Part shown: positions 1-7,997 of the stretch, piece after piece | How the letters are laid out: each line of letters starts with the position of its first letter | Position numbering within the stretch: the stretch's first letter is position 1 | Source: a virus | Taxonomy: Duplodnaviria > Caudoviricetes | Virus record (IMG/VR): IMGVR_UViG_3300005325_000019 | Location: 1 to 26,544 of that record | Strand: one strand, 5' to 3' | Length of the DNA stretch: 26,544 bases | Notes under the pieces: generated by a model | The model's input: the letters and a program-made list of their open reading frames with translations, nothing else | Told to the model about the DNA's origin: nothing | Database searches by the model: none | Program-made: the position numbers and the translations under genes

Positions 1-283
1 AAAGTGCTGGTCGAAAGCTGATAAAAGTAGCTCCCAGGAACACTACTCAAAGGTGTTCCGCTTGTGGATGCATTGTGAAGAAAGAACTGTCAGATAGAGT
101 GCATGAGTGCCCTTATTGCGGTTTCTCATGCAATCGAGACTACAATGCTTCCAGGAACATACTCATCACAGGGATGGAACAGCCCGTAGCGCCCATAGAG
201 TCGAAACCTCTGCGTCACATATCTGTGAGGCAAGTTTTGGCGATGAAGTGGGAAGCCGCGCCCTTCAGGACGCGGTAGTTCAC
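1..283 (+). mobile_element. Right end of an IS200/IS605-family element (omegaRNA scaffold region)
   Basis: Subterminal hairpin CCGCG-CCC-TTCA-GGA-CGCGG (256-275) followed by TAGTTCAC; TCAC at 280-283 is a typical right-end tetranucleotide. Confidence 0.8.
3..278 (+). CDS. tnpB: TnpB (IS200/IS605 RNA-guided nuclease), C-terminal part, truncated by window edge
   Basis: Frame 3 is open from base 3: SAGRKLIKVAPRNTTQRCSACG...HECPYCGFSCNRDYNASRNIL, i.e. the TnpB zinc ribbon plus RuvC-III motif (RDxNAxxNI). Confidence 0.92.
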   Translation, partial: SAGRKLIKVAPRNTTQRCSACGCIVKKELSDRVHECPYCGFSCNRDYNASRNILITGMEQPVAPIESKPLRHISVRQVLAMKWEAAPFRTR

Positions 284-284
284 G

Positions 285-356
285 ACGACAAATGCGGGGC
301 AAGAAGTCTACAAGCGCATCCTGGAATTGTATAAGCTTTTGGGCCTGGATCTCTAA
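285..356 (+). pseudogene. Possible 3' remnant of a small winged-helix gene interrupted by the IS
   Basis: Directly after the IS end the frame reads TTNAGQEVYKRILELYKLLGLDL*, resembling the TxxG + amphipathic helix that ends archaeal wHTH proteins. Resemblance only. Confidence 0.35.
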
Positions 357-612
357 GAAACATCGTGTTCCTTAAGATTTTCTCTTCCGACCCCCTTACT
401 CTCCCGACCTTGATTCCCGAGACAAATAGAGCCTAAGCTAAAAGGAACAACCTGTTTCTTAGATACAGCAGCCTTGATTAATCTCTTTAGGATAATTCTC
501 TTCTAAAAATTCCTCCTTGGGAAAAATGGTCCTCTCTCAGCTCTACCTGGAGCTTCATGGAGGCCAAGGAACAAACTGTTCCTTTTGTCATAAAGGGAAC
601 ACGATGTTCCTA
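355..612. repeat. Four 19-bp palindromes, consensus AAGGAACA-N3-TGTTCCTT
   Basis: 355-373 AAGAAACA-TCG-TGTTCCTT; 442-460 AAGGAACA-ACC-TGTTTCTT; 566-584 AAGGAACA-AAC-TGTTCCTT; 594-612 AGGGAACA-CGA-TGTTCCTA. Confidence 0.85.
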
Positions 613-636
613 AATAGCAGGCGGCGTGATTCATGA

Positions 637-1485
637 TTAATTTGCCTCCCTGCTACCGATTTTACATAATAGCCAAGTCTTGCCTTTGCCCTGGCCTCGC
701 TTTCGGAGCAGGACTTTGTCAGGCTGCAGCCTGGCAGCCCACTCCATAGCTCTCCTGGCCTGCATCCTGGCAATGGGCTTCTCTTCGGCAGTGCTGATGA
801 TCTGGATGGCATTGGCGCTGTTGAGGCTTTTGGCCTTTGCATCTCGATAGAGCGCCTCCACCAGGAGCGCCGCCCGGTAGTGCTCCGCCTTCTTGAAGGT
901 CAGAGCTGGCCGATCTGTGATAAAAGAGACGATGCCATATTCCACGTCTGCGAGCTGGCGCAGGCAGTTTGCCGGTGAGATCTGGCCCGCCTTCTTGGCC
1001 CGCACTATACCCTGAATCTCTTTTTTCGCCCTTGCATGCATATTGGAGGTCTCATCCGTGGCCGGCATCTGATCCAGAGCAGATAATGCAGCCTCTACAT
1101 TCGCAATTACCGCATTTATGATATGCTGGAAGGAGTCTTCCAGCTCTTCCAAGAAATTAACCAGTTTCTTATTAGCCTTCGTGAGTTGCTGTATTCTTGC
1201 GTACTGTTTATAGCCGTCCTGCAGCTCCTTGGCCAGTACCTGGCCTGTATGACGCGGGTCGCAAATCACTCCGCAAAGAACGTCCAGCTCGTAGGCGAGG
1301 TCATGGGTTTCGGCCTCTCTTTCAACGATTGCTTGCTTTTGCTCTTCAATGAGGAGGTCCTGGGCGTGGATACGTTCTTCCAGCTCTGCAATGGTCTTGC
1401 GAAGTTGCGTCGTATTTGCAGAAGCAAGCTCTTGGCCGCTCCGAAAAGCGTTTATAGTATCGGCTGCCAATTTTGATTTAGGCAT
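637..1485 (-). CDS. Hypothetical protein, N-terminal coiled coil and possible C-terminal winged helix
   Basis: 282-aa ORF; heptad-rich N-half; basic C-terminus ending in a hairpin-like segment (VLLRKRGQGKGKTWLL). Confidence 0.75.
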   Translation of the reverse strand: MPKSKLAADTINAFRSGQELASANTTQLRKTIAELEERIHAQDLLIEEQKQAIVEREAETHDLAYELDVLCGVICDPRHTGQVLAKELQDGYKQYARIQQLTKANKKLVNFLEELEDSFQHIINAVIANVEAALSALDQMPATDETSNMHARAKKEIQGIVRAKKAGQISPANCLRQLADVEYGIVSFITDRPALTFKKAEHYRAALLVEALYRDAKAKSLNSANAIQIISTAEEKPIARMQARRAMEWAARLQPDKVLLRKRGQGKGKTWLLCKIGSREAN

Positions 1486-1995
1486 TGCCGCCTCTTGCGG
1501 TGGTGTATCCTGGCATACCTTGGTGGTTCGGGGTTAGCTAGGTTTCGTGCGAAGACCTCCCAGTTTTCGCAAGGCGGGGGGCCTTCCAGGGCCCTCTTTG
1601 CATTTCTCAAAAAAGATATATAATTTGCAATAAAATTCGCAATTGTTGATATCGAGCAATAATAGCAAGATACGAAAACCCTTAAATAACGTTGACTGAC
1701 CTTATTCTCGTTTGAGTTCTTCATTTGGATCGCTTCCATGAGGAACTTTGGGTTTTGTCCACCTCACCAGTAGACAAACCCGCCACGGCAGATCGCACCT
1801 TCCAATGCCCTGCCGTGGCCCTTCCAGTTCCTCGCGTTTCTTTGCTCCAATGCTGTGATATATATCTCTTTTGGGTTTTTCGCAGTGCGTCCCTTTTGTA
1901 CCATTATTATTTATCAGTACTTGTACTTAGCTTCTTCACATTGAAATTAATACTTAATGCCATATTTTAGATATCTGCGCGGATTTTGCGAAGAC

Positions 1996-2002
1996 TATTT
2001 AT
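1996..2002 (+). promoter_or_regulatory. Putative archaeal TATA box for the rightward early transcript
   Basis: TATTTAT preceded by purine-rich CGAAGA, about 25 nt before ATG 2026 and the structured leader. Confidence 0.4.
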
Positions 2003-2242
2003 GCCCGAGTCTAACATCTTCTGAAATGGTGAGGTGGAAAGCAACGGGTTGGAAGCCGTTGCGTTAAGCATAGCGATGCTTTCCCACTGGCAAGCAGCCA
2101 TAGCAGAGGCATAACTTGGGTCAGAGGATCTCCTCGACTTTTGCCCTCACAATGACGACAGCGGTAAAGCATTAGGGTACGCTTTCCGTCGCAACTGGCG
2201 GCTTTCACTTCACCAAGCAGTTCGTAATCGGTGAGGTGGATA

Positions 2243-2401
2243 ATGCCCATAATAGCGAAAGAAGCGAAATTCAGACCACTGACAGATCCTGATGCTGTCG
2301 AGTCTCTGAGAAGGCGAGGCGCAAAATGGCTTGCGGAGCATATCGACGGCTTGCAGCTCGGCGTGTTTTCCGAGTCCATGACCTCTGGAGAGCCGGTATG
2401 A
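2243..2401 (+). CDS. Small hypothetical protein (52 aa; not in ORF track)
   Basis: GGTGAGGTGGA then ATG 2243: MPIIAKEAKFRPLTDPDAVESLRRRGAKWLAEHIDGLQLGVFSESMTSGEPV*; its stop overlaps the next start (ATGA 2398-2401). Confidence 0.65.
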   Translation: MPIIAKEAKFRPLTDPDAVESLRRRGAKWLAEHIDGLQLGVFSESMTSGEPV

Positions 2402-2568
2402 TCGAGAAGGCTTGGGAGGGACATCTCGAAACGAGCTTTCAGTCTCTGGGCAGGCTCTGCATGGGGGTTCTGCTGAACGGCCATCCGGATGTAGGCGAGA
2501 CGAACGGGCTTTTGGAAAAGCTGAAGGGAAAGAGGATCAAGCTGCTCTTGCAGGAGGTGGAGGAGTGA
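2398..2568 (+). CDS. Small hypothetical protein (56 aa)
   Basis: ATGA-coupled start, MIEKAWEGHL...LLLQEVEE*; its stop overlaps the next GTG (GTGA 2565-2568). Confidence 0.65.
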   Translation: MIEKAWEGHLETSFQSLGRLCMGVLLNGHPDVGETNGLLEKLKGKRIKLLLQEVEE

Positions 2569-3134
2569 TCGCCGCTTTGCCGGCGGACGGCACGAAGACT
2601 GAGATCTCCGGCCCGGCCAGGATCACGGCGAATCGGCCCCTCCCCCACCCTTCCCCGGACCCCATCTCTTCCTCTCCCCTCGTGTCCGACAGCGGCGCTG
2701 CAGCGCCGCCCAAGATGGCTCAATCTTTCCAATGTGCTGCAGCCAGCCAACCGTCTCAACAGAGCGGAGACCTGATGAGATCCAAAACTTTTTATATAGA
2801 GGAACCTCAAGTAAGTTCTAATGCTCAGGGCGAAAACCCAGTGGGCAGCCCCTCTGCGAGGGATTCCTCTTCTGTAGATTATCGACCGCTAGGCGCAGCC
2901 CTCAAGGACCCCGGCACCAAATTAGCCTCGGAGCACCACGGCGGGAAGGCGGGCCGGTTGCTTCATTCCAGATGCAAGTGCGGCGGACAGATTCAGTACG
3001 ATGCAAGGTCGGAGCCCTTTTGCACCGCTTGTGGAATGGGGCTTAAGAACGCAACACGCGCGCCATCGCCCTCTCCACATGAGAGGAAGAGAAAATACAA
3101 GAACTTTAGAATGTATGCCGGCAATGATGCCTGA
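2565..3134 (+). CDS. Hypothetical protein, Pro/Ser-rich with C-terminal zinc ribbon
   Basis: GGAGGTGGAGGA then GTG 2565; CKCGG...FCTACG near the C-terminus. The true start may be later (ATG 2775). Confidence 0.55.
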   Translation: MIAALPADGTKTEISGPARITANRPLPHPSPDPISSSPLVSDSGAAAPPKMAQSFQCAAASQPSQQSGDLMRSKTFYIEEPQVSSNAQGENPVGSPSARDSSSVDYRPLGAALKDPGTKLASEHHGGKAGRLLHSRCKCGGQIQYDARSEPFCTACGMGLKNATRAPSPSPHERKRKYKNFRMYAGNDA

Positions 3135-3224
3135 GTTCTTGGATGCAATTCCGAGCGTCTGATGCGAGGGGCGGAGCGGAGCCGGGCCGATAATCCCAGG
3201 GGTCCAATCTTGGGCTCGCAGGAC

Positions 3225-3256
3225 CCCACATCAACATAGCAGCCCACATCAACATA
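3225..3256 (+). repeat. 14-bp direct repeat CCCACATCAACATA x2 between two hairpins
   Basis: Copies at 3225-3238 and 3243-3256; stems at 3199-3227 and 3270-3307. Confidence 0.75.
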
Positions 3257-3319
3257 ACAAATCGAGATAGCAAGGGTCCGGCCTGAAGGCCGGAAATCGA
3301 CCCTTGCAAAGAGGTCTGA

Positions 3320-3511
3320 ATGGACACCATAAAAGAGATGATCGAGCTGGATGCAGAGATCTACGCTATGGTGGACCGTAACCCAAAGCTGGCCGAGGTC
3401 TACCGATATCTCATGGGCGAGGAGCTGGGGGCTGCCGTCACCCTCCCCAGGATGCCGACTGCCGATGATTGGTCGGCTGCTGAACGCCTGGCGCGGTCGA
3501 GGCAGAGATGA
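3320..3511 (+). CDS. Small hypothetical protein (63 aa)
   Basis: GAGGT SD upstream; ATGA overlap with the next gene. Confidence 0.7.
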   Translation: MDTIKEMIELDAEIYAMVDRNPKLAEVYRYLMGEELGAAVTLPRMPTADDWSAAERLARSRQR

Positions 3512-3834
3512 GGCCCAAGTATATCATCGAGGATCTTTTGGAGTCCGGAGTCGATCCGGGCATACTGGCCGCCTTGCCGGAAAACATCGGCCAGCACTAT
3601 GAATCCCTGGGCTTCCCGTCTCAGGGAGTGGCCACCAGGCTCTTTCGGGCGGGCATTCTTCGGCCCAAAGGAAAAAGCATGGTGCAAAATTCCGCGGGCA
3701 AAAAAGTTCTGAGGACTCTCTGGGGCCGAGGGGTCCATTTCGAGGTTTTCCTCGACTACTGGCACCAGAATAAGCAACATTACCGCAATCGCCTTGCAGT
3801 CTTCCAGGATTGCAGGCAATCGGTAGCGGTTTGA
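3508..3834 (+). CDS. Hypothetical protein (108 aa)
   Basis: ATGA-coupled ORF convergent with the recombinase. Confidence 0.7.
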   Translation: MRPKYIIEDLLESGVDPGILAALPENIGQHYESLGFPSQGVATRLFRAGILRPKGKSMVQNSAGKKVLRTLWGRGVHFEVFLDYWHQNKQHYRNRLAVFQDCRQSVAV

Positions 3835-3862
3835 ATCCTTCTCGCAGTCGTCCGGGATTTTG

Positions 3863-4447
3863 TCACTGGCTGTTGAGCATTTTATCGAAGCCTGCATCCT
3901 CATAAGCCCGGCGGCGGTGGTTTGGTCTGGCCTGCAAGTAAATGGCCGTGGTATTCAAAGAGGAATGGCCGAGCTGCTGCTGAAGATAGGCGATATCAAT
4001 TCCGGCATCCAAACTCCAGCGGCTGAAGCTGTGCCTGAGGAGGTGGGGTGTAATCCGCTTCCTCTGCCGCATCTTGCCCGGCCTCGTCTCCTGGAGTCCT
4101 GCATTCTCTGCGGCCTCGTCCAGGAGTCTCTGGATCTGCCGGGTGGAGATATGTCCCTCATCTCTGCCCTCGAAGATGTAGCCGCTCTCCCGGCCCTGAA
4201 GATGGACCTCAAGGGCCTCCAAAACAGGCTTGGGGATGATCGAGGTGCGCTGCTTGCCGCCCTTGCCGTTCACCACATGCAGGTATCTTCCGGTGCCGTC
4301 TACATGATCTGCTTTTAAGGCGGCCACCTCCGAGACACGAAGACCACAACCGGCCATCAGCCACATGAGGGCGGCTTCTCTGGGGGTGGGGGCGGCGGCA
4401 AGTAGGCTGTGCCATTCGTCCAGGGAGAGGAAGTCTTCGGGGTGCAT
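3863..4447 (-). CDS. Tyrosine recombinase (Xer/integrase family), catalytic domain only, 194 aa
   Basis: GLRVSE (R), GKGGKQR (K), HLLRH (H-x-x-R), LGH...TTAIY (H, Y); no N-terminal core-binding domain. Confidence 0.95.
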   Translation of the reverse strand: MHPEDFLSLDEWHSLLAAAPTPREAALMWLMAGCGLRVSEVAALKADHVDGTGRYLHVVNGKGGKQRTSIIPKPVLEALEVHLQGRESGYIFEGRDEGHISTRQIQRLLDEAAENAGLQETRPGKMRQRKRITPHLLRHSFSRWSLDAGIDIAYLQQQLGHSSLNTTAIYLQARPNHRRRAYEDAGFDKMLNSQ

Positions 4448-4460
4448 GTTATTGGGGTGG

Positions 4461-4488
4461 ATGTCATAATAGTTAGATTTTATGACAT
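4461..4488. other. 28-bp dif-like inverted repeat, site A (11-6-11)
   Basis: ATGTCATAATA-GTTAGA-TTTTATGACAT; arms match 10/11; 13 bp upstream of the recombinase start. Confidence 0.65.
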
Positions 4489-4560
4489 AATCCCTTTATA
4501 TGGCGCGTTAAAACTTGTTTGCAAATCCAGACACATAGGATATTAGCTCAACAGTCCGGG

Positions 4561-4911
4561 CTATGATGCCGCTGGACTTCCTTGTTCCGGCTTCTTCCAT
4601 GTGACGCTCACGTTGAAGCTGGCGTTTGCTTCGGTTGCGACCAGCATCTTAAGAATGCCGTCGGAGCCGAAACTGAGCCCCAGGCCCAGCTCTACGGTTA
4701 CCTCGTCGGGCTTTAAGGCACTATCCATCAGGTTTCCAACAATGCCAGCTACTACTGGCTTGATTGCCTGAAGTGCCGACTCCATGGTCTCTGTCGCTTT
4801 AATTACCTCGTCTGGAGCTGCAGACGCCTGCACCTTGCCCGATTGGGTTATCTCAGTCTCAACCAGAATACTACCGCCTGAGGCGAGTGGAACCTCTACT
4901 AATCGCTTCAT
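4561..4911 (-). CDS. Trypsin-co-occurring domain protein (Trypco1 / CU044_2847-like)
   Basis: MKRLVEVPLASGGSILVE...PDEVTVELGL...EANASFNVSVTW matches the family pattern as I recall it. ATG 4911 preferred over TTG 4920. Confidence 0.8.
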   Translation of the reverse strand: MKRLVEVPLASGGSILVETEITQSGKVQASAAPDEVIKATETMESALQAIKPVVAGIVGNLMDSALKPDEVTVELGLGLSFGSDGILKMLVATEANASFNVSVTWKKPEQGSPAAS

Positions 4912-4935
4912 AGCTGTCAATTATTGCTGACTCGG

Positions 4936-4946
4936 TATATATTTAT
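4936..4946. promoter_or_regulatory. Putative shared TATA element between divergent Trypco1 and protease-STAND genes
   Basis: TATATATTTAT in the short divergent gap. Confidence 0.45.
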
Positions 4947-4988
4947 CCAATGAACTGAAAACCAAAACTTGTTTTCTGAGGACGCAGA

Positions 4989-7982
4989 ATGGACGAACGT
5001 GCTAAGTCATCGATTGTAAGGGTCTACAAAAAGCAAGATTCCAAAACCTGGCCGATTGGCTGTGGTTTTCTGGCAGGCGTTCGCTCAATTTTGACTTGTT
5101 GGCATGTTGTACGAGATGCACTCTCTCCCGAAACGGATCTGTTGGACAAAGAGATAATGCTTGATTTCCCCTTTCCGCATCCTTGTTCGGGTCTTCTTAA
5201 GGCCAAAGTGTCCCTTGTGGTTGAGAAGCCAGATCTGGCCAGGCTGGAGCTTCTTTCCGACCCTCCAAAAACGGCCATATCAATGCCACTGAGCATGAAT
5301 ATGGACCTATGGGGCCATCCTTACAATGCCTTTGGCGTTACAGGTGGGCGCCCGGAAGGTTTCTGGAATGACGGAGTGCTCAAGAGCAGTATAGGTGATG
5401 GGACTATACAGATGGACAGCAGCCCCAATTCTGTCTTCAAGATAGAGAGAGGATTCAGCGGCACCGCAATATGGGACGATCATGACCAGGTAAAAAGGGC
5501 GGTTGGGATGGTGGTCATGACCGAGTTAAATCCAGAGACAAAAGCAGCCTATGGAATTCCCATGGCCGAAATCTTGGAGATATGTCCTGACCTGAAGGCA
5601 ATCGATACGTCTCAAGGCTCCAAGGTGCCTTTGCCTCCCGTATGGAATGTCCCAATCCAGCGCAACACAAATTTCTTCGGGCGCAAGGACATTTTGGCCG
5701 ATCTCGCAGTTGCATTGAACTCTGGAGTGCTTGGGGCCTGGAAGCAAGCTCTCTGGGGCATGGGCGGAGTGGGCAAGACCCAGATCGCAGTGGAATATGC
5801 GTACCTTCATAGATCCGAATATAGAGTCATCTGGTGGCTGAGGTCCGAGGAGCCTTCAACTTTGCTGTCGGATTACGCCCTGCTTGCACAGAAGCTCGGC
5901 ATTGGAGGCGAGCTGAAGGACCTGAACGCTGTGGCAGGTGCCGTGAAAGGCTGGCTTCAGCAAAACCCCGGATGGCTACTGATTTTTGATAATGCTCAAA
6001 ATCCTGAGCAGATCAAGGGTTTTTTGCCGGGCGATGGACCGGGGCATGTGATAATCACATCACGCAATCAGGAGTGGGTAAGAGTGGCCAGGAAGTTTCC
6101 CATCAAGATTTTCAAGAGGGATGAGTCGGTCCAGTTCATCCTTAAAAGGACCGTCCAGCCTGACGAAAAAACGGCATGGATGCTTGCTGAGGAGCTGGGA
6201 GATCTGCCCCTGGCTCTGGAGCAGGCGGCCTCCTACATCGAGACCACATCCACGCCCCTTGCAGAATACCTTGATATGTTCAGGAAGAGGCGAGCGGCCC
6301 TCTGGGCCGAAGAGGAGAAGCCAATCGATTATCCTGATACTGTGGGCACAACCTGGTCCTTGGCTATGGATAACGTCAGTCAGGAAGCCGGAGCGACGAA
6401 TCTGCTCAATCTCTGTGCTTTCCTGGCACCTGATAAGATACCCTTTGATCTCTTGATCAAAAGTGAAAATACGCTCCCGCAGGCCCTTTCAGCTCTCGCA
6501 AACGATCGGCTGGCATTCAACAGGGCCGTGAAGGCATTGAGACGCTATTCATTAGTAGAATCCGACGACAAAGTTCTGTCAATCCATCGATTGGTTCAGG
6601 TCGTGACTAGGGATCGAATGGGTGAATCGGAGCAAAAGAAATGGGCAGAGGCCGCAGTCAGGCTGGTGGATGATGCGTTTCCGCCAGATCATTTGGACAA
6701 TCCAGAATCCTGGGCCAATTGCTCGCTTCTGCTTCCTCATTCCCTGGCAGCCGCCGGATATGCTGAACGATTGGGGGTGGCCCTGGGCTCGACATCTCAT
6801 CTGCTTAATGATGTTGGCCTATATCTTAAGACGCTGGGCGAGTTTAATGAAGCCAGGACTGCCTTGCAGAAAGCCCTCAAGATCGGTGAGCAGACCTACG
6901 GCCCCGATCATCCCACCGTGGCCACGATGGCCAACAACCTCGGCGGTGTCCTGGAGGATTTGGGCGACCTTCCTTCGGCCAAATCGCATTACGAGCGCGC
7001 CCTCCAGATCGCTGAAACGACCTACGGCCCCGATCATCCCACCGTGGCCATCCGAGTCAACAACCTCGGCGGTGTCCTGCGAGCAATGGGCGACCTTCCC
7101 GCGGCCAAATCGCATTACGAGCGCGCCCTCCAGATCGCTGAAACGACCTACGGCCCCGCTCATCCCACCGTAGCTACGATAGCCAACAACCTCGGCGGTG
7201 TCCTGCGAGCAATGGGCGATCTTCCCGCGGCCAAATCGCATTACGAGCGCGCCCTCCAGATCGCTGAAACGACCTACGGCCCCGATCATCCCACCGTGGC
7301 CATCCGAGTCAACAACCTCGGCAGTGTCCTGCGAGCAATGGGCGACCTTCCTTCGGCCAAATCGCATTACGAGCGCGCCCTCCAGATCGATGAAAAGACC
7401 TACGGCCCCGATCATCCCGATGTAGCTATCGATGTCAACAACCTCGGCGGTGTCCTGGAGGATTTGGGCGATCTTCCCGCGGCCAAATCGCATTACGAGC
7501 GCGCCCTCAAGATCGATGAAAAGACCTACGGCCCCGCTCATCCCACCGTGGCCATCCGAGTCAACAACCTCGGCGGTGTCCTGGAGGATTTGGGCGATCT
7601 TCCCGCGGCCAAATCGCATTACGAGCGCGCCCTCAAGATCGATGAAAAGACCTACGGCCCCGATCATCCCACCGTAGCTACGATAGCCAACAACCTCGGC
7701 GGTGTCCTGCGATCAATGGGCGATCTTCCCGCGGCCAAATCGCATTACGAGCGCGCCCTCCAGATTGATGAAACGACCTACGGCCCTGATCATCCCGATG
7801 TAGCTATCGATGTCAACAACCTCGGCGGTGTCCTGCAAGCAATGGGCGATCTTCCTTCGGCCAAATCGCATTACGAGCGCGCCCTCCAGATCTTCCGAGA
7901 AAAGCTGGGCGAGAATCACCCCAGCACGAAAACAGTGCTAAATAATTTAAACTATCTAACCTCGCCCGCTGACCAGAAATAA
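4989..7982 (+). CDS. Trypsin-like serine protease + NB-ARC (STAND) NTPase + TPR array (NLR-like)
   Basis: Triad motifs LTCWHVV, PDLARLEL, GFSGTAIW; Walker A GMGGVGKT; Walker B WLLIFDNA; IITSR; LPLAL; C-terminal 42-aa TPRs. Confidence 0.93.
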   Translation: MDERAKSSIVRVYKKQDSKTWPIGCGFLAGVRSILTCWHVVRDALSPETDLLDKEIMLDFPFPHPCSGLLKAKVSLVVEKPDLARLELLSDPPKTAISMPLSMNMDLWGHPYNAFGVTGGRPEGFWNDGVLKSSIGDGTIQMDSSPNSVFKIERGFSGTAIWDDHDQVKRAVGMVVMTELNPETKAAYGIPMAEILEICPDLKAIDTSQGSKVPLPPVWNVPIQRNTNFFGRKDILADLAVALNSGVLGAWKQALWGMGGVGKTQIAVEYAYLHRSEYRVIWWLRSEEPSTLLSDYALLAQKLGIGGELKDLNAVAGAVKGWLQQNPGWLLIFDNAQNPEQIKGFLPGDGPGHVIITSRNQEWVRVARKFPIKIFKRDESVQFILKRTVQPDEKTAWMLAEELGDLPLALEQAASYIETTSTPLAEYLDMFRKRRAALWAEEEKPIDYPDTVGTTWSLAMDNVSQEAGATNLLNLCAFLAPDKIPFDLLIKSENTLPQALSALANDRLAFNRAVKALRRYSLVESDDKVLSIHRLVQVVTRDRMGESEQKKWAEAAVRLVDDAFPPDHLDNPESWANCSLLLPHSLAAAGYAERLGVALGSTSHLLNDVGLYLKTLGEFNEARTALQKALKIGEQTYGPDHPTVATMANNLGGVLEDLGDLPSAKSHYERALQIAETTYGPDHPTVAIRVNNLGGVLRAMGDLPAAKSHYERALQIAETTYGPAHPTVATIANNLGGVLRAMGDLPAAKSHYERALQIAETTYGPDHPTVAIRVNNLGSVLRAMGDLPSAKSHYERALQIDEKTYGPDHPDVAIDVNNLGGVLEDLGDLPAAKSHYERALKIDEKTYGPAHPTVAIRVNNLGGVLEDLGDLPAAKSHYERALKIDEKTYGPDHPTVATIANNLGGVLRSMGDLPAAKSHYERALQIDETTYGPDHPDVAIDVNNLGGVLQAMGDLPSAKSHYERALQIFREKLGENHPSTKTVLNNLNYLTSPADQK
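6882..7889 (+). repeat. Eight near-identical 126-bp coding repeats (42-aa TPR units)
   Basis: Unit IxExTYGP[D/A]HP[T/D]VAxxxNNLG[G/S]VLxxxGDLP[S/A]AKSHYERAL[Q/K]; 8 x 126 = 1008 bp. Confidence 0.95.
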
Positions 7983-7997
7983 AGCCTAAATCCGCAC

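Noticed and set aside
530-545. 16-bp inverted match to 8894-8909 (TAGAGCTGAGAGAGGA)
   Set aside because: A single low-complexity match, one copy inside a CDS; plausible by chance in 26 kb.
1452-1970. ORFs 1452-1739 (-) and 1725-1970 (+)
   Set aside because: AT-rich, no motifs or convincing SD; more likely a divergent promoter region.
6564-6572. Second target for the TnpB guide
   Set aside because: Only 9 nt (GACGACAAA) match.
6819-7667. 282-aa antisense ORF and other alternative-frame ORFs over the TPR array
   Set aside because: Shadow frames kept open by the repeat periodicity.
6882-7889. 126-bp repeats as a CRISPR array or DGR template/variable pair
   Set aside because: Contiguous in-frame coding repeats without spacers; differences are block swaps, not adenine-specific; no cas or reverse transcriptase gene in the window.
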